Shown here one piece after another: positions 8,901 to 18,260 of a stretch of 54,081 nucleotides of DNA. The notes under the pieces are model-generated. The model had not been told where the DNA came from and searched no databases. It saw only the letters and a list, made by a program, of their open reading frames with translations. Position 1 is the stretch's first letter, and the number at the start of each line of letters is the position of its first letter. The translations under genes and the position numbers were made by a program. Source of the stretch: Candidatus Dojkabacteria bacterium (lineage in GTDB: Bacteria > Patescibacteriota > Dojkabacteria > B142 > JAFGFJ01); the NCBI GenBank assembly GCA_016931155.1, contig JAFGFJ010000003.1:1-54081 (forward strand), read 5' to 3'.

Positions 8901-9878
8901 ATGAACAAAAATACTCCTGTCGATAGACTGAGTTATTCGGGAGAACTTGCCCCGGTAATGGACAGGGTTTGTGCTGCTTATAAAATCGGTCACCCAATAG
9001 ATTTTTCAGTGATTGAAACCGGCTACGAGGATTGCAATGTAATCCTTAAAACCGCAAATAATAAATTCGTTGCTAAAATTTTTTCAAAGGAGAGAAGTCG
9101 AGAAGATATCATACGTATTACAACAATATTGGAGAAAGTAGGCGAAACCGATGTAAACCATCCTTCATTGATGAAAACTGAAAATGACGAAATTTTCTAT
9201 ACCGATAGTCAAGCCAAGGGAATATACTTAGTTTTAATGAAGTTCATTGAGGGAAAAAACTTCATTGAACTCGGCCGCATCCCTAACCCAGATGAACTTG
9301 AAATGGTCATTGAGCAAGCAGTCAAAATAAATTGTATTGATTATCACCCACAATATTTATTTGATTCCTGGGCGATTCCAAATATCAAAGTAATGTTTGA
9401 AAAAGTTAGAAAGTATATTCGATCAGATATTCTTGGATTAGTCGAGCAAGTTATTGCTCAATACTTTGAAATTCCGGTAGACAGCCTGCCTCATTGTTTC
9501 GTTCACGGAGATTTTACGAAAACTAATGTACTTAAAGGAGATGATGGGGGAATACATATATTAGATTTTTCTGTTGCCAATTGGTATCCAAGGATTCAAG
9601 AGATTTCTATAATTGTTGCAAATTTGCTGTATGACAAAGATAACCCCTCAACGCTTCAAGAAAGAATTGATTTGGTATGGAGTAAATATGACAAGTTGAA
9701 GCCACTCACAGAGAAAGAGAGAAAACATATTTATCCTTATGCACTTGCAGGTACCGCAATGGAATTTCTAGGTGCTCATCAGGAGAAATATATCTACGGA
9801 AACGATACTAAGGAAACTGATTTCTGGATGAATTTGGGACAAAGCGGATTACTAAAAGAATTCGCCGCAAATGATTAA
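8901..9878 (+). CDS. Phosphotransferase of the APH/choline-kinase (protein-kinase-like) family
   Basis: 325 aa. Catalytic loop HGDFTKTNVL (HGDxxxxN) and Mg-binding ILDFS (DFx). Substrate not inferable. Confidence 0.8.
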   Translation: MNKNTPVDRLSYSGELAPVMDRVCAAYKIGHPIDFSVIETGYEDCNVILKTANNKFVAKIFSKERSREDIIRITTILEKVGETDVNHPSLMKTENDEIFYTDSQAKGIYLVLMKFIEGKNFIELGRIPNPDELEMVIEQAVKINCIDYHPQYLFDSWAIPNIKVMFEKVRKYIRSDILGLVEQVIAQYFEIPVDSLPHCFVHGDFTKTNVLKGDDGGIHILDFSVANWYPRIQEISIIVANLLYDKDNPSTLQERIDLVWSKYDKLKPLTEKERKHIYPYALAGTAMEFLGAHQEKYIYGNDTKETDFWMNLGQSGLLKEFAAND

Positions 9879-10221
9879 AACCTGCTTGTTTTTGTAGACC
9901 GGATATCCGCCCCCAGAAAACCCGAAGTTATGTTTTTTGGTACAGCATTAACCACATACACCAAATCATTAAACAAAATAATATTTTAGCAGCTACCCTG
10001 ACGGATACTCTGATAATAAGAAAATCATTATATGTTTCAGCAATTATTGTAGCTCTTGTTTCTTAAAAAAAACACGAAAGAATACATAAAATATTTACAT
10101 ATATTTTGTAATATCTTAAGAATTCCACGTAAAAAGATTCGTCTGGATTTCTATGTTTTACTATGATATAAATATCACTAGTCCTTTTTAACACCCCATA
10201 TTTATTTGTTATATTTTTTTC

Positions 10222-10848
10222 ATGACGTACTTTTCTAAAGGAGAAACGGGAAATACCCCTAAAGTTGATCTGAGAACTCCAACCGAAGTTGCTGCACGGA
10301 AGTTGCGTTCTGCATCACCTGAGTATGTACTTTCTTTCATTGGACAAGAACCGGACTTCAATGGGGAATCGGGATTAGGTTTTACAATATTTAATGGTTT
10401 AACTCTGATAGAATTTCCTGAGGAAGGCTCTGTAAAGCAAATCTTCAGAGAGTGTTATGAAGTTATGTGGAATAATTACCAAATTGGCAAAAATTACGGA
10501 CTGAAAACACATGCGACTGTGGCAGTAGATCTTCATCCTAAAGGTTTTACTTTTACTGATAGAGGAGCAGATAATATAGCAACTGTGACAATGATCGCAA
10601 AGAATTCTATTAAGATAAATGATAAGCAAATTCCTTTTGAAGCACAGGCAGGCTTATTGATTGCTACAAACAATAAGCTTCTCACCTATTTGGGAAATAT
10701 AAATAAATTTTTCGCTAACACTAATGTTCCTTTACACTTTCTGCGTGTCACTGATAATCACGGTATAATTCCCACTACTCGAGAGGGTTGTATAGATATA
10801 ACTAAAAGACTCTTAGCCCAACACCTTAGAAATCTAAAAATTGAATAG
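10222..10848 (+). CDS. Hypothetical protein
   Basis: 208-aa ORF with protein-like composition. No motif recognised. Confidence 0.6.
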   Translation: MTYFSKGETGNTPKVDLRTPTEVAARKLRSASPEYVLSFIGQEPDFNGESGLGFTIFNGLTLIEFPEEGSVKQIFRECYEVMWNNYQIGKNYGLKTHATVAVDLHPKGFTFTDRGADNIATVTMIAKNSIKINDKQIPFEAQAGLLIATNNKLLTYLGNINKFFANTNVPLHFLRVTDNHGIIPTTREGCIDITKRLLAQHLRNLKIE

Positions 10849-10901
10849 ATACTGTGCAAATCTTCTGAAATTTGCCAGATATGTTTGTGATACCGAAAAC
10901 A

Positions 10902-10933
10902 TGCAACAATCTTCTTCACAGAAGATTGTTGCA
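10902..10933 (+). terminator. Perfect 13-bp hairpin downstream of the 10222..10848 gene (no U-tract)
   Basis: TGCAACAATCTTC-ttcaca-GAAGATTGTTGCA. No T-run follows, so intrinsic-terminator function is uncertain. Confidence 0.4.
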
Positions 10934-11123
10934 GTCCACCAGCCAGAGGCTAATATTTATAGAAAGTCCATAGTATGGTCATAGAAACAACTTTCTTGTG
11001 TCTATGCTTATGTGATGCTAGAATTTGCCGGCATACATTAAGCATGTAGTGGATGAATAAAAGACTACCTATAATCTTTCTTCGAATTAATATAGAGCAT
11101 AATTTATTTTTAACTATTCAGCT

Positions 11124-11348
11124 ATGCCAAAAAAAATTAAAATAAAAATAAATAAGGAAGCTTGTAATGGCTGCGGAACCTGTATTTCAATTCTTCCTGA
11201 TATTATTGAATTTGATTCCAACAGTCAGGCAGAAGTCAAGCTTGAACACAAAGAAAAAATAATAGACGATCCTCAGTTGATAGAACAGGTAATGCTTGCA
11301 AAAGAATCCTGCCCAACAGAGGCATTCATTGTTGAGATTATCGAATAA
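11124..11348 (+). CDS. Small single-cluster ferredoxin (4Fe-4S/3Fe-4S type)
   Basis: 74 aa. CNGCGTC ... CP (CxxCxxC...CP) spacing typical of monocluster ferredoxins. Confidence 0.8.
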   Translation: MPKKIKIKINKEACNGCGTCISILPDIIEFDSNSQAEVKLEHKEKIIDDPQLIEQVMLAKESCPTEAFIVEIIE

Positions 11349-11461
11349 CTGATAAATAAACTTAAAGTAGCCCCTTCTGCATATATGCTGGTCATAGAGC
11401 AAAACTGTACTTAATATTGCTTTTGAATTCACCTAGACGCTGCAAAAGGAGTCAAACTCAA

Positions 11462-12760
11462 CTACTTAAAGACAACTGTACTTACTTTTTTAGAAGAAGA
11501 TTTAATTGCGTTCACTATCCAGATTTGCCCACGATTCAACTCTATTTCGTTGCCTTGATCATCAAAATAGTGTGTCCTGCACTCAGCACATGTCTTTTTC
11601 CACTTCCCGTTTATTGTTTCTCCGTCTCTCAGAATCACAGCATCATCCTCACCTATCATGTCTATAACAAGATGATTATGTCCATCTCTCGCATCAACAT
11701 ATTGGTGCCACTCCAAAATGACATTTTTAGGTGCTATGCGCTCACCTGTAAGAGCGTCTACGTCAGGTTTTCCACCGATTACCCTCAAATAAGTGTTGGT
11801 CTGCTTGTCATAAGTGAAAGCTGATCTATAGGAACTGGCACTCAGACCCAAAAAAGTAGTTTCCATCGAAACAAAATTTCCTCTCTGATCAAAAGGTTTA
11901 TCAAATTTATATTTCAAAGGTTCAATTTCCGACGGCTCGACCCATCCATACGCTTCAATTTCTTTTTTTAAGAGATCGCCATTTGTAAAAAGCGAGTGGA
12001 CATAACCACTGGTTTTTGCCCTCTCACTATCCCTGTATCTTGAAGCCGCAGACTGAAGAGAATTAATACCATTTTTATAAATATATCCTCTTGCATCGGA
12101 ACGCGGATTATATGTTTCGAAGGGTGCTGCATCATAACCTGCTTGTCCTTCGTGCATCAAAACAGGATCATCAAACGCCTGAATAAATTCAATCATATAA
12201 AGTCTTACACTTCTTACCGGACCAATCTTCTCCAGATCCTGATTCTCATAATAAATCGAAACATATCTTGTAATCCCACCTTCAGCCAAAACCTCAAGCA
12301 CAATATCAGCTTTCGAAAGTCCGTATTGCGGACGGGCATCAGTATGGTTATTAAATATTACTGCTATGGCCTTTCTTGCCTGCATCTCAGTAAGTTTTTT
12401 TCTCGAAATGAAATTACCATTTATTGGATTATCCTTGTCCTTTAGTTCAGGAGGAGGAGGTATCTCATAACTCAAAAGTCTTTTCGCAGGATAATTTGCA
12501 CCAACAAGAATAAAATCCGTGTTCAACTCTTCATGTACCCTGAAAAGCGAAAGCACTCTGACCCCATAATAAGTAGTCGCAAAAAGCATAAGAACAATAA
12601 GAGAAATTACAACTTTATACTTAAGCTTCAATTCAGCAAGTTTTTTCAGCAAATTCTTTTTTTCTACTGCTTTGTTTTCAGTAATTACAACGTCCATCAA
12701 TGATATTGTAAAGCTAAAGATCAGAACACACAAGATCAAGCTATCTTCCTTACCCCTCAA
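11462..12760 (-). CDS. DUF3048 (YerB-like) domain protein, membrane-anchored
   Basis: 432-aa ORF. Contains IAVIFNNHTDARPQYGLSKADIVLEVLAEGGITRYVSIYY, the hallmark DUF3048 block. The ORF opens with TTG at 12760. An ATG at 12697 (MDVVITENK...) is an alternative start. Confidence 0.8.
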   Translation of the reverse strand: MRGKEDSLILCVLIFSFTISLMDVVITENKAVEKKNLLKKLAELKLKYKVVISLIVLMLFATTYYGVRVLSLFRVHEELNTDFILVGANYPAKRLLSYEIPPPPELKDKDNPINGNFISRKKLTEMQARKAIAVIFNNHTDARPQYGLSKADIVLEVLAEGGITRYVSIYYENQDLEKIGPVRSVRLYMIEFIQAFDDPVLMHEGQAGYDAAPFETYNPRSDARGYIYKNGINSLQSAASRYRDSERAKTSGYVHSLFTNGDLLKKEIEAYGWVEPSEIEPLKYKFDKPFDQRGNFVSMETTFLGLSASSYRSAFTYDKQTNTYLRVIGGKPDVDALTGERIAPKNVILEWHQYVDARDGHNHLVIDMIGEDDAVILRDGETINGKWKKTCAECRTHYFDDQGNEIELNRGQIWIVNAIKSSSKKVSTVVFK

Positions 12761-12831
12761 TAAAGAGCCAAGCTACAGTTTCAAATTAAAAAATGCTAAA
12801 TTATGATAGTTTAATTATCTACAGACAATAG

Positions 12832-14019
12832 GTGGCAGCAGAAAAAAAAACTACAAGTTTAATGCAGGTCACGAATACTGCTCGCAGGGGATTAATCGGA
12901 TGCCTAATATTCATTGTACTGATAATTGCTTATCAGAACATAAAAGGTTTTATTTTTCAGACTGGAAACGGAGTTGAAGGAGGCTTGAGTAGTCCTTACA
13001 GTCCAGCAACAAAAGGCTTTGGTGATATCCAGCCACTGACAATAGATTCTCTTGAACTCGCACCAGGGAGTAGCCCGGAGTTTGCTATAGATAATCGTTT
13101 TGGTGACTACCCAAAAACTGCAAATGTATATAAAGTCCTTCAACCAAGAGAAAAGTTTGGAGCCGTAGAAAAAGCAGAGGTGGTTGCAGAGAAACTCGGC
13201 TTCAAAAATCCTTTTCAAAAAATCAGTGAACAGGAACTACAATGGAAAACAGACACCAGAAAACTTACTTACAATAAGGTATTCAAGAAATGGAATTTCA
13301 CTGTGGATTTGACAAAAGATGAGAATGCAATCAAAGAACACAGGATTGAACCCGATAAGAATACATATATAGAAAGGGCACAATCCATACTAGCCTCTCT
13401 TGGAATTCATTCTTCCAACCTTGCAAATGCTTTATCGGAAGCACATTTTATGAGAGTTGAAAACTCAAGACTTGTAGAAGTAAGCAGCCCGGCATCAGCA
13501 CAATTTGTTCAAGTAAATATATATATCGTCAGAGAGGCAGTAACCCCAAAAGATTTCATAATGAAAGAAGGGAAAAAAGAAGAGAATCCGGCAAATCCTT
13601 TGAATGGGAAAGTTTACAGAAATAATCCCAAGCTCGGTTCAGCCACAGTTATCCTTTCCGATATTTCAAATGATACAAATGGTTTGTTCGGATTTGAAAC
13701 CACCGAATGGGAAATAGACCAAATAAGTGAAGTATACGACATAGTAGACGCAGAGGAGGCCTGGCAAAGAATACAGGAAGGAAAAGGGGCTTTGAAATCC
13801 TTAATAAGAGAAGGAAGGCAGCAGCTCTCCGAATATGAGCCGCTCCAAGTCAGAAGATTTATAACAAGTAATGAAAAAATCTCTTTTGGATACTTTGAAT
13901 CGGATACATATAATTCAGCCAGACCTTATCAAACTCCCATGTTCATATTTGGAGGAAGAGCAGAACTAGTAGATGGAAGTGAAGCAGAATTCATGTTTTT
14001 TGTAGATGCGTTGAAGTAA
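12832..14019 (+). CDS. Hypothetical membrane-anchored protein
   Basis: 395-aa ORF with one N-terminal TM (GLIGCLIFIVLIIAY). GTG start at 12832; alternative ATG at 12862. Divergent from the DUF3048 gene. Confidence 0.65.
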   Translation: MAAEKKTTSLMQVTNTARRGLIGCLIFIVLIIAYQNIKGFIFQTGNGVEGGLSSPYSPATKGFGDIQPLTIDSLELAPGSSPEFAIDNRFGDYPKTANVYKVLQPREKFGAVEKAEVVAEKLGFKNPFQKISEQELQWKTDTRKLTYNKVFKKWNFTVDLTKDENAIKEHRIEPDKNTYIERAQSILASLGIHSSNLANALSEAHFMRVENSRLVEVSSPASAQFVQVNIYIVREAVTPKDFIMKEGKKEENPANPLNGKVYRNNPKLGSATVILSDISNDTNGLFGFETTEWEIDQISEVYDIVDAEEAWQRIQEGKGALKSLIREGRQQLSEYEPLQVRRFITSNEKISFGYFESDTYNSARPYQTPMFIFGGRAELVDGSEAEFMFFVDALK

Positions 14020-14147
14020 TAAGTCAGGAAAACATACAGAAAGCGCTTGTACTTGATTATAATTATGACTTCGGCTTTTATCCTAATTTATTTTCTTTTG
14101 ACTTTACAAAAAATTTTCAATAGAATCATTCGCATGAAAGTTCCTCA

Positions 14148-15911
14148 TTGGCGAAAAAATTTTATGATTTAACACATGGGTCGAAAGACCCTTTTTTTTA
14201 TAAAAAACTTATGACAAAAGCCAAGAAAAAATCAAAGTATATTTTCGTTTCCGGTGGTGTTCTCTCCGGACTTGGCAAAGGTGTCGCCGCAGCTTCTCTT
14301 GGTTTCTTAATTCAAAGAAGAGGATATAAAGTTGGGTCAATAAAATGCGAAACCTACCTCAATGTGGACTCAGGTACAATAAATCCTATCGAACACGGAG
14401 ATCCGTTTCTGTGCGAGGATGGTCTTGAAGCAGACATGGATCTCGGCACATATGAGAGATTTCTTGGAGAGAATATGGGATACAAGAATTTCGTTACCAT
14501 GGGTCAGGTATATAAAACAATAATAGACAGAGAAAGAAATATGGGTTACGACGGAAAAACAGTGGATGCAATTCCACATATTCCAGAAGAAATAATCAGG
14601 AGGATAGAAATGGCAGGAGAGGGAAAAGATATCACTCTAGTAGAACTTGGAGGAACAGCAGGAGAGTATCAGAACGTTTTCAATTATGAAGCAGCTAGAA
14701 TCATGAAACTCAGGGATCACGAGGGAGTAATCCATATTCATCTAAGTTATGTTCCTGTCCCCAGGCATCTGGGAGAACCCAAAACAAAGCCTACTCAGCT
14801 TTCATTGAGATTTCTAAACTCAGCTGGAATTCAGCCAAACTTCCTTATTCTAAGAAGTGAACTGGAGATTGATCAGAAAAGAATTGAGAAGATAAGAGTA
14901 AACTGCAATATGAAAGAAGGTAGAATCATTACAAATCCAGATCTTTCTAGTATCTACGACCTGCCAAAACACTTTGCCGACCAGGAACTTGATAAAAAAA
15001 TATTAAAATATTTTGGAATGAGTGCAAGAAGGCTGGATATGAAAAACTGGGAATATCTTGCCCGCAGAATAAAAATACCAAGAAAGAAGAAAGCAAAAAT
15101 TGCTATCTGCGGGAAGTATTTTGCAACAGGAAGTTATGAATTGGCCGATTCTTACGCCTCTTTGATTGAAGCTATTAAACACACTTCATGGAAACTCGGA
15201 ATCGAAACAGAAATTTTATTTGTAAATACTGAAGACATTGAAAAGCATGGAACAAATATTTTGAAAAAAACAGAAGGAGTGATTGTTCCAATTGGGTGGG
15301 GGAGCAGAGGAGTAGAAGGAAAAATTGAGGCTGCAAAATTTGCTCGAAAGACTAAGACTCCCTATCTCGGTCTTTGCTACGGCCTCCATATGGCAGCAAT
15401 TGAGTTTGCCAGAAATGTATTAGACGAGAAAGAAGCAAATACTACAGAGGTAAATCCTAAAACAAGCTATCCAGTTATTCATGATATTCCATTTGATAAA
15501 AAGTACCAGGTCATAAAAGGAGAAGGAACTTCAATGAGACTTGGAGCATATGAATGCATAATTAAAAAAGGGACGCTATTACACAGAATATATACAAAGC
15601 ACGGAGCAGGGAAGTTACTGAATAAAAACACTAAGTTTAATCAAAAAGGAGACCTTCTTGTTTCGGAAAGGCACAGGCACAGGTTCGAATTTAATAATGA
15701 TCTGAGAGAAGATTTTGAAAAGAAAGGTTTTGTATTTGCAGGAACCTCTCCGGACAATTTCTTCGTTGAGATGATAGAACTTTCCCAAAAACTTCATCCT
15801 TTCTTTGTCGCAACTCAAGCTCATCCAGAATACAAATCAAGACCACTTGAACCACATCCGATATTTATAGAGTTTCTAAGGGCAGCTGTATCGTTTGGAG
15901 AACAGCATTGA
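14148..15911 (+). CDS. pyrG: CTP synthase
   Basis: YIFVSGGVLSGLGKG at the N-terminus. GATase part GLCYGLHM and HRHRFEFN. The ORF opens at TTG 14148. ATG 14211 (MTKAKKKSKYIFVSGG) is the more likely biological start. Confidence 0.95.
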   Translation: MAKKFYDLTHGSKDPFFYKKLMTKAKKKSKYIFVSGGVLSGLGKGVAAASLGFLIQRRGYKVGSIKCETYLNVDSGTINPIEHGDPFLCEDGLEADMDLGTYERFLGENMGYKNFVTMGQVYKTIIDRERNMGYDGKTVDAIPHIPEEIIRRIEMAGEGKDITLVELGGTAGEYQNVFNYEAARIMKLRDHEGVIHIHLSYVPVPRHLGEPKTKPTQLSLRFLNSAGIQPNFLILRSELEIDQKRIEKIRVNCNMKEGRIITNPDLSSIYDLPKHFADQELDKKILKYFGMSARRLDMKNWEYLARRIKIPRKKKAKIAICGKYFATGSYELADSYASLIEAIKHTSWKLGIETEILFVNTEDIEKHGTNILKKTEGVIVPIGWGSRGVEGKIEAAKFARKTKTPYLGLCYGLHMAAIEFARNVLDEKEANTTEVNPKTSYPVIHDIPFDKKYQVIKGEGTSMRLGAYECIIKKGTLLHRIYTKHGAGKLLNKNTKFNQKGDLLVSERHRHRFEFNNDLREDFEKKGFVFAGTSPDNFFVEMIELSQKLHPFFVATQAHPEYKSRPLEPHPIFIEFLRAAVSFGEQH

Positions 15912-16023
15912 AAAGAGTTTTTATTTCTTTACCATTTATTGACCCCAATTAGCAAGAATTCTCTCCATAAAGCAGCCACAATAATGGCATATTTGCTCTG
16001 TATTCCATTAATTCACTATTATT

Positions 16024-16632
16024 TCAACTTTCCTTGAGTTTGTTATAGTACTGTTGTGCAGTCCTTATTATGGAAAAAGCTTCAGCTTCACTATTCCACA
16101 AGCCAGTCAGCATAAATTTTCTTTTTTCCATTGTGACCAATACTTGAAAAACATCGGCATACTTACTTTGATAAGTCTCAAAAAGTCTCTTGAGATATTT
16201 TCCATATGTCCCCATGTTTTCAGGTTTTCCAGCAAGACATACAGGAGCTAATCTTTCAAGTCCCTGAATCTCACCAGCAACTTCATAAAGATCATCATAC
16301 AAAGCACTTCTTGAACCCCAATATCTTTCAATAACTGAATTCACAATTGCAGCAGCCTCACCTCTTTTTACATTATTTCCTGAATCCTCAGACTTACCCT
16401 TTGCAATGTTCACTAATTCGGCAAGAGCATCTGCATGGGTACTATTCATACCAAAACCGCAGTTGATCCACTCATTTGGAAGAACAGCCGCATAATATAT
16501 ATCAGCATATCTATCTGCTATTTCCTCAAAGGAGCTTATACTAAAGCCATTTTTCTGGACAAGACTAGCAGTTGAATTTACTTCCTTAGCATCCTCTCCC
16601 ACTCCTTCCGCCTTTATTACCGGGAAAAACAA
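16024..16632 (-). CDS. Hypothetical protein (downstream partner of 16617..17147)
   Basis: 202-aa ORF. Only a TTG start, which lies inside the last codons of the upstream gene. 16-nt overlap. Confidence 0.55.
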   Translation of the reverse strand: MFFPVIKAEGVGEDAKEVNSTASLVQKNGFSISSFEEIADRYADIYYAAVLPNEWINCGFGMNSTHADALAELVNIAKGKSEDSGNNVKRGEAAAIVNSVIERYWGSRSALYDDLYEVAGEIQGLERLAPVCLAGKPENMGTYGKYLKRLFETYQSKYADVFQVLVTMEKRKFMLTGLWNSEAEAFSIIRTAQQYYNKLKES

Positions 16633-17147
16633 ATAAGCTCTTCTTGACCAAATATTTCCCCCAGCTTACTTTTAATTTCTTTGTATTCTTTTACTCTATC
16701 AACAATATCATCCACCATGATATTGACACCTTCGGTTTTTTTCCCCTCATTGTCCTCACTTTCCACTATATAATGAATACCACCTTTATCCATAAATTTT
16801 TTCACAAAACACAGATTAAGGTTGGAAAAGTCGAAATTGCTATTTTGTAGATTCCTCAAAACAGAATCAGCTAATGGCACACCTCCATTTAATGGAATAA
16901 CCAGATTTACAGCTTCCTTCCTCATTCGTATAAACTCTACAACCTTTGACACTGTCAAACCAAAAAGCATTTCAGTATTTGAAGGATTAAGTTCAATTGA
17001 TTCTCCTCGGTAAAGCGCATGAACAATATGTGTTCCAGGGGGAACTTCACCATAGTTAAGAAGATTTACTTTTTCTGACTCTGCAGAAATACTGGTTGCA
17101 GAAGAACTACTATTTTCAGTCCCTACAACACCTGAAAAAGAACCCAT
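16617..17147 (-). CDS. Hypothetical protein with weak phosphoribosyltransferase-like motifs
   Basis: 176 aa. LVIPLNGGVPLADSV and VNIMVDDIVDRV resemble the PRTase hood and PRPP-loop positions, but the canonical T/S-G after the acidic pair is absent. The N-terminal S-rich segment and KVNLLNYG motif are shared with 20408..21091. Confidence 0.55.
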   Translation of the reverse strand: MGSFSGVVGTENSSSSATSISAESEKVNLLNYGEVPPGTHIVHALYRGESIELNPSNTEMLFGLTVSKVVEFIRMRKEAVNLVIPLNGGVPLADSVLRNLQNSNFDFSNLNLCFVKKFMDKGGIHYIVESEDNEGKKTEGVNIMVDDIVDRVKEYKEIKSKLGEIFGQEELICFSR

Positions 17148-17273
17148 TTCTATTGCGTAAGAATTAAATTGCTCAGATTTGAGTCTCTGATTCTAGCAAA
17201 ACTGTAATTTTACTTCAAAGAATTTTTAAGCTACCATTACAGGTATTTTGAATCAACATATTTCTGATGATTA

Positions 17274-17903
17274 ATGGGCGAAATAATTGACTCAATAACT
17301 AAATGGGGGATTGATTTAGTATCCAGTCTGGGATATTTTGGCGTACTCATAGGAATGATCTTAAACTCGGCAGGTATACCGGTTCCCAGCGAGATAATTG
17401 CAGGATTCAGCGGTTACCTTGTTTTCAAAGGAGAATTGAATCTAATAGTCACCGGACTTGTTGCTTCCCTAGGAAACATAATCGGAGGCACTTTTTCTTA
17501 CATGATCGGACTAAAAGGAGGAAGACCGGTTATTCAAAAGTATGGGAAATACGTTCGTATCACAGAGCAAAAATTTGAAAAAATACAAAAGTGGTTTGAT
17601 AAATATGGAGATGAGATGGTACTTCTTGGTCAGTTTATTCCTATATTTCGAAGCTATGTATCACTTCCAGCAGGAGTACTGAAAGTACCCTTAAAAAAAT
17701 TCCTGCCTTATACTTTCATTGGTTCATTTATATGGATCACTTTGCTTGCTTTCGTTTCTTCACAACTCGGAGAAGAGTGGGGTAAAGTCGGTGAATTTTT
17801 CGATAAGTTTAAACTCTTAATAATTGCTGGACTCATCGTTCTTCCAGCCGGTTATTTTGCATACAAACTGGTTAAAAACAAAGGGAAAAAGAATATCTCC
17901 TAA
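17274..17903 (+). CDS. DedA-family membrane protein
   Basis: 209 aa. PVPSEII, GRPVIQKYGKYV, LLGQFIPIFRSYVSLPAG are typical DedA/SNARE-associated blocks. Confidence 0.88.
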   Translation: MGEIIDSITKWGIDLVSSLGYFGVLIGMILNSAGIPVPSEIIAGFSGYLVFKGELNLIVTGLVASLGNIIGGTFSYMIGLKGGRPVIQKYGKYVRITEQKFEKIQKWFDKYGDEMVLLGQFIPIFRSYVSLPAGVLKVPLKKFLPYTFIGSFIWITLLAFVSSQLGEEWGKVGEFFDKFKLLIIAGLIVLPAGYFAYKLVKNKGKKNIS

Positions 17904-17907
17904 GTAC

Positions 17908-18168
17908 TTATGCCGCTTCCTGTGCATAAGAATCGGTGTCGTCTCTTGCCGACATGGATTTGCATTTTCCAATAGCTTTACTTGCTGCCCATATAAGAGC
18001 TTCTCCGGTCACGCCATATGATAACTTCCGGCAGCAAGGGACATCAAATAAAGTCGTTGCTGGATCCCTCATCCCCACAATCTTTTCCATTATCTCTTCA
18101 TATTTCATCCCTGAGAAAGGACAATCTGGATGACCACACACACCATTTTCCTGAGTTGGCTGATCCAT
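17908..18168 (-). CDS. Small Cys-containing hypothetical protein
   Basis: 86 aa. CGHPDCPF ... CC ... C. Fits tightly between DedA (convergent, 4-nt gap) and alaS (divergent). Confidence 0.55.
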   Translation of the reverse strand: MDQPTQENGVCGHPDCPFSGMKYEEIMEKIVGMRDPATTLFDVPCCRKLSYGVTGEALIWAASKAIGKCKSMSARDDTDSYAQEAA

Positions 18169-18260
18169 CGTATTTCAAATAATAACTATTTTCGTCTATA
18201 ATCTTGTACATATGAACGAAACAAAATCAAGACTATTGCTCTATAAATAATCACATCACA

